From NCBI GenBank assembly GCA_963745075.1, contig CAVUWV010000009.1, forward strand, positions 224,001 to 288,000: 64,000 bases of DNA, given 5' to 3'. This document shows positions 60,272-64,000 of the stretch, in pieces. Position 1 is the first letter of the stretch, and each line of letters starts with the position of its first letter. A model generated the notes under the pieces. The model was not told the DNA's origin. It made no database searches and was given only the letters and a program-made list of their open reading frames with translations. This stretch comes from Candidatus Hydrogenedentota bacterium. GTDB taxonomy: Bacteria > Hydrogenedentota > Hydrogenedentia > Hydrogenedentales > SLHB01. The translations under genes and the position numbers were made by a program.

Positions 60272-61616
60272 TCGATGGTTCCTCGATCTGTTCCACGGCA
60301 GCCGTCGCGCTGCCTTTGCCTAACCGAATCTCGACCTTATCGCCTCTTGTCAGCTGTCCTGCATCGCGTACGATATCCCGTTTCGGCAACCTCCGCACCA
60401 GGGCGTAACCCCGAGACAGTACCCCGAGCGGGCTCAGCGCGTCCAGTTGCGCGATCAAAGGCAGCACCCGGCTCCGCGCCCGCTGGACCGACGCCGCGCC
60501 CGACTGGGCCAGCCGCCGGTACAGCCCCCGGAATTCGTCGCGCGCCCGTCGCAACTGGTTCATGGGCGACAGCAACACCAGCGATCGTACGGCATGATCC
60601 ACCCGCCGGCGCGACACGCGGGCCATGTTGATCACCTCGTTCTCCAACCGCATCCGCAGATCGTCTACCTGCTGCCGCCGTTGCCGGACCAGCTCTTCCG
60701 GCCTCCGAAACACGAAGCTGGACTGCGCGATGCTCAACCGGTTCCGGACCCGCTCCACACGGCCCAAGAGGCCGTTGGCGAGGCGTTTGCGCATCTGCTG
60801 GACGTTCTCCAGCATCGCTTCCTGCTCCTGTACGACCAGTTCCGCCGCCGCCGACGGCGTTGGTGCACGCGTGTCCGCCACGAAATCCGACAACGTAAAA
60901 TCGATCTCGTGCCCCACCGCCGAAATGATGGGCGTATTCGCGGCGTGAATCGCCCGGACTACGATTTCCTCGTTGAAGGGCCACAAATCTTCCAGCGAAC
61001 CGCCACCGCGTCCGACGATCATCACGTCCACGCCGAGTTCGTCCAGCGCCCGGATGCCTTCTACAATTTCTTCGGCGGCTTCCTCGCCCTGCACCCGCGC
61101 CGGATGCACGAGGATATGCACGTTCGCAAAACGCCGGCTGATCACGTTGAGAATATCGCGGATGGCCGCCCCCGTCGGTGACGTGACGATCCCGATGCGC
61201 CGCGGCAACAGCGGCAGCGGCTTCTTGTGCTCCGCCTCGAACAGGCCTTCCTCTTCCAGCTTCTTCTTCAGCTTCTCGAAGGCCAACTGGAGCGCGCCCA
61301 CGCCCTTCGGGTGCATTTCGTCACAGATGATCTGGTAGTTTCCGCGCTTCTCATAGACCGTGACCAGCCCGAACGCGACCACATCCAGCCCGCCCTCTGG
61401 TCCGAATTTCAGCTTCATCAGCTTGCCCCGGAACATGACCGCGTCGATCTGGCTGTCCTTGTCCTTCAGCGTGAAATAGGCGTGCCCCGCCGGCGACACC
61501 CGCCAATTCGAGATCTCTCCCGACACCCAGACATAGCTCACCTCCGTCTCAAGCAGATCCTTCACACGACGGGTAAGCTGACTGACCGTCAGGATTTGGG
61601 GCTTTTCCACCGGCAT
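60264..61616 (-). CDS. xseA: Exodeoxyribonuclease VII large subunit
   Basis: GEISN, GHAYFTLKD, TSPTGAAIRD, RGGGSLEDLWPFNEE, AVGHEID, TPSAAAE, LSRGY. Confidence 0.97.
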   Translation of the reverse strand: MPVEKPQILTVSQLTRRVKDLLETEVSYVWVSGEISNWRVSPAGHAYFTLKDKDSQIDAVMFRGKLMKLKFGPEGGLDVVAFGLVTVYEKRGNYQIICDEMHPKGVGALQLAFEKLKKKLEEEGLFEAEHKKPLPLLPRRIGIVTSPTGAAIRDILNVISRRFANVHILVHPARVQGEEAAEEIVEGIRALDELGVDVMIVGRGGGSLEDLWPFNEEIVVRAIHAANTPIISAVGHEIDFTLSDFVADTRAPTPSAAAELVVQEQEAMLENVQQMRKRLANGLLGRVERVRNRLSIAQSSFVFRRPEELVRQRRQQVDDLRMRLENEVINMARVSRRRVDHAVRSLVLLSPMNQLRRARDEFRGLYRRLAQSGAASVQRARSRVLPLIAQLDALSPLGVLSRGYALVRRLPKRDIVRDAGQLTRGDKVEIRLGKGSATAAVEQIEEPSNG

Positions 61617-61808
61617 GCCCGCAATTGTAGCGGATTGACCGCGTGAGACGAAAACGGAAGGGCAACTGGGAGCGCCAGGCACCAGCCTGGCTATTGACTT
61701 TCCCGCCGTTCACGTGGCGAGTTGGAGGCGGGTTGTCCGATCACATCCTGCTCGGACGGTTAGAAGCAACTCGGCAGGACACCGGCCCCGGAGATCGGAG
61801 TCGAACCG

Positions 61809-61849
61809 AAAAATGGTGAATGCCCGCCGGGTGACCGGCGGGCATTCAC
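61809..61849 (-). terminator. Intrinsic terminator-like hairpin
   Basis: Perfect 15-bp stem GTGAATGCCCGCCGG/CCGGCGGGCATTCAC, followed on the minus strand by CATTTTT. Confidence 0.7.
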
Positions 61850-61962
61850 GCTTCTCGCTCCCCTCCCGATGCAGAAGCGGCCACTGAGGGACCGCAGACC
61901 CGCGAATCCGGGGCGATTGCTCCGCGACTGGCCTCCGAAAAGCCATCGCGGCAACCGCGAAG
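61809..61962 (-). ncRNA. Candidate structured small RNA or leader upstream of xseA
   Basis: TGGCCA-17 bp-TACAAT promoter (61995-61967), two stem-loop arms, terminator; no credible ORF. Confidence 0.45.
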
Positions 61963-62117
61963 AACTATTGTAGCCGAATGTGCGAAATTTGGCCAGAAAA
62001 AAGTGAGGTAGTGGTGCGTTAAGCATTAAGGTTGATTGACCCCGGATCTCGCGTCCAACCGGTCGCGGGCGGCGCGATGGCAACCTTCCGGCGGTGCTCG
62101 TGCATTAGAATAAGAAG

Positions 62118-63851
62118 GTGAAGCTAGGCGAGGACAGAATTTTGAAACTTTCGGCCGTGGCTACCTTGAGCGCTTTCCTCGTTTGTGGGCCCGCGCTTGC
62201 CCAGTTTCAGGACATGCCGAAGGGGCCGGTCACGATTCAGGTTCTGGATGAAGCGGGAAACGCCGTTTCCGGCGCCCAGGTTCATTGCGTGAACTGGAAC
62301 TTCGGTCCACGTTTCACGGAGTTGACGCCCGACGAAAAGGCGGTTACCGACCTGAAAGGGCGCGTCACGTTCCCGGAACGAACGATCGGTATGGCGTTCG
62401 TACGGGTGCAGGCGGGGGAACTCGGCGGCTGGTTCCGCCTTTCGGAAAGTGGGTCGGACCACCCGGTAAACACCGTGACAGTAGGCGTTGGCCGCACGCT
62501 TCGCGTTCGAACGCATGTGCCGGGCGTGCTGGTTGTGGCGGATGGTTGTCTGCCCGTCGGATTCACCGACGACGATGGGGAACTCACCCTTCCGAATTAC
62601 GGCGTCGGCTACAGTCCGGACCTCGCATTCACGAAGGAGAAGTACGCGTGGGAGGTCGTCAGTTTCAGCCGCGAAATATCCATTTTGGATGTCCAAATGA
62701 AGCCAGGATCTGTCATTGAAGGCGTTGTGCTTGGACCGGGCGGGGAGCCAGCACCGAACGTATCGGTCTTCGGCGGTGCGTTCCGGCACAATCCAGTGAT
62801 TACGGACAGCGCCGGTTGCTTTCAAATGCCCAGAAGTCCTCGCACGGAATTTGGCGAGAAGCACCAAATCTGTGCGTCGCTTCGCAGCGGCGCAGGAAAC
62901 TACTGGGCGGAAGTGCTTGTGGCCGTGGAGACGCCAGTAATCTCCGGCTTAACACTTCGACTAGCCCGAAGTGTGCCGCAGGTGTATACCCTTCGTGGAC
63001 GCGTAATTCACGCGGAAACCGGGGAACCCGTGAAGGCACAGATTTTGAAAAGCACAAGCGACAATCTGTTTTGTGCTGACCACCTGGGGTCCACAGACGA
63101 CACGGGCCGTTTCTCGATAGACGTTAGCCAGAGGGGCGGGTTTTGGTATTTCGCCGTCTCAGACGATCCGACCTTGTTTACTATCGGCTCGATGATTTAC
63201 GTTTCAGAACCCAAAGAGAACGCGGCGATTCCCGAACTGGAATTCCAGGTGTCAAAAGGCTGCGCCATTACGGGCCGTGCATGCAGCGAGGATGGCGCGC
63301 CAATCGGCAATCGATGGGTTTATTACGAGCCTGACGGCGATGTGACATTTCCCATCGAAACCCAAAAGGACGGCCGATTCACTGTGGCCCACCTCAATGG
63401 TGCAGGCGAATCGTACAGGCTTTCCGTTCACGATGCCTTCGGGCGGCGAGCCAGTGTGGACGTCGGACCCCTAAACCGCGGCGAGGTCCAGGAAGGTGTC
63501 GAGATTATTCTGCCGCCCCAGATAGAGCCCGCGAAGTTGCGGGGAACGGTCCGGGACTCGGCCGGGAATCCCGTGGCCGGTGTGCGAATGCGCTTCGACT
63601 ATGTCCAGCCCTTCGATCCGCCCTCGGTTCAGTCCACCACCGATGACCGGGGGCGATTCGTCGCAACGATCCTGTACTCTGGAGAGGCAACCGTCACCGC
63701 ACGGTCCTTGACGCAACAATCGCCGGGTGAATATTCGGCGTATTACGACCTCCCCTGCGGGGTGCCTCATCCCGGAAAAGTCATCCTCGACACGGCTTCG
63801 GACGCCGAGCAGAATTTTGTTGTGACGCCCCTACCGGACGCGAAACAGTAG
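62118..63851 (+). CDS. Secreted carboxypeptidase-regulatory-like repeat protein
   Basis: Signal peptide; repeats VLDEAGNAVSGAQV..TDLKG, TDSAG, TDDTGRF, TDDRGRF. Confidence 0.8.
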   Translation: MKLGEDRILKLSAVATLSAFLVCGPALAQFQDMPKGPVTIQVLDEAGNAVSGAQVHCVNWNFGPRFTELTPDEKAVTDLKGRVTFPERTIGMAFVRVQAGELGGWFRLSESGSDHPVNTVTVGVGRTLRVRTHVPGVLVVADGCLPVGFTDDDGELTLPNYGVGYSPDLAFTKEKYAWEVVSFSREISILDVQMKPGSVIEGVVLGPGGEPAPNVSVFGGAFRHNPVITDSAGCFQMPRSPRTEFGEKHQICASLRSGAGNYWAEVLVAVETPVISGLTLRLARSVPQVYTLRGRVIHAETGEPVKAQILKSTSDNLFCADHLGSTDDTGRFSIDVSQRGGFWYFAVSDDPTLFTIGSMIYVSEPKENAAIPELEFQVSKGCAITGRACSEDGAPIGNRWVYYEPDGDVTFPIETQKDGRFTVAHLNGAGESYRLSVHDAFGRRASVDVGPLNRGEVQEGVEIILPPQIEPAKLRGTVRDSAGNPVAGVRMRFDYVQPFDPPSVQSTTDDRGRFVATILYSGEATVTARSLTQQSPGEYSAYYDLPCGVPHPGKVILDTASDAEQNFVVTPLPDAKQ

Positions 63852-64000
63852 CGAAACCAAGGCCCATCAGGACAAGTTACAACGCCGTGCGTCAGTCCAC
63901 TTCCCCCGTTTCGGGGTCGTAGTGCCTACAGCCATCCACGGAAGAAATAGTACAGCCTTTCGATGATCGACGGTGGACTTGCCATTTTGGTAAGGACGAG

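Noticed and set aside
61710..61946. 78-aa ORF MAFRRPVAEQ...
   Set aside because: No RBS, runs through the terminator hairpin, composition not protein-like
63890..64000. 3' end of a minus-strand gene at the window edge
   Set aside because: All three frames are open for a short stretch (e.g. ...LYYFFRGWL* or ...RHYDPETGEVD*); cannot choose without flanking sequence

Overview
GC-rich chromosomal window from a Gram-negative (diderm) bacterium. Tat-exported Gfo/Idh/MocA and aldo-keto enzymes, a sulfatase, FG-GAP/DUF4091 and carboxypeptidase-regulatory-repeat proteins suggest a Hydrogenedentes/PVC/FCB-like lineage (inference only). Contents: a toxin-antitoxin-rich accessory stretch (vapBC; a PIN toxin with a 329-aa partner abutting a truncated hicA and an intact hicB); many secreted carbohydrate/ester hydrolases; a zinc-ribbon/TPR operon; purM-purL-purQ divergent from a LysR gene; an RND pump; mcsA-mcsB-clpC-bamA-skp-lpxD-lpxC/fabZ; rpmG; xseA-xseB. 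No rRNA, canonical tRNA, CRISPR array or transposase was seen. Best leads: (1) an McsB that has lost most kinase catalytic motifs while ClpC keeps its phospho-arginine pocket motifs; (2) a non-canonical PIN toxin with a large partner, apparently disrupting hicA; (3) a secreted, apparently metal-less S1-P1/phospholipase C-like TPR protein in a zinc-ribbon operon; (4) three candidate structured RNAs; (5) several families of palindromic REP/MITE-like elements. Five genes carry single +1 frameshifts, probably assembly errors. All family assignments come from motif recognition by eye; no searches or folding programs were run.
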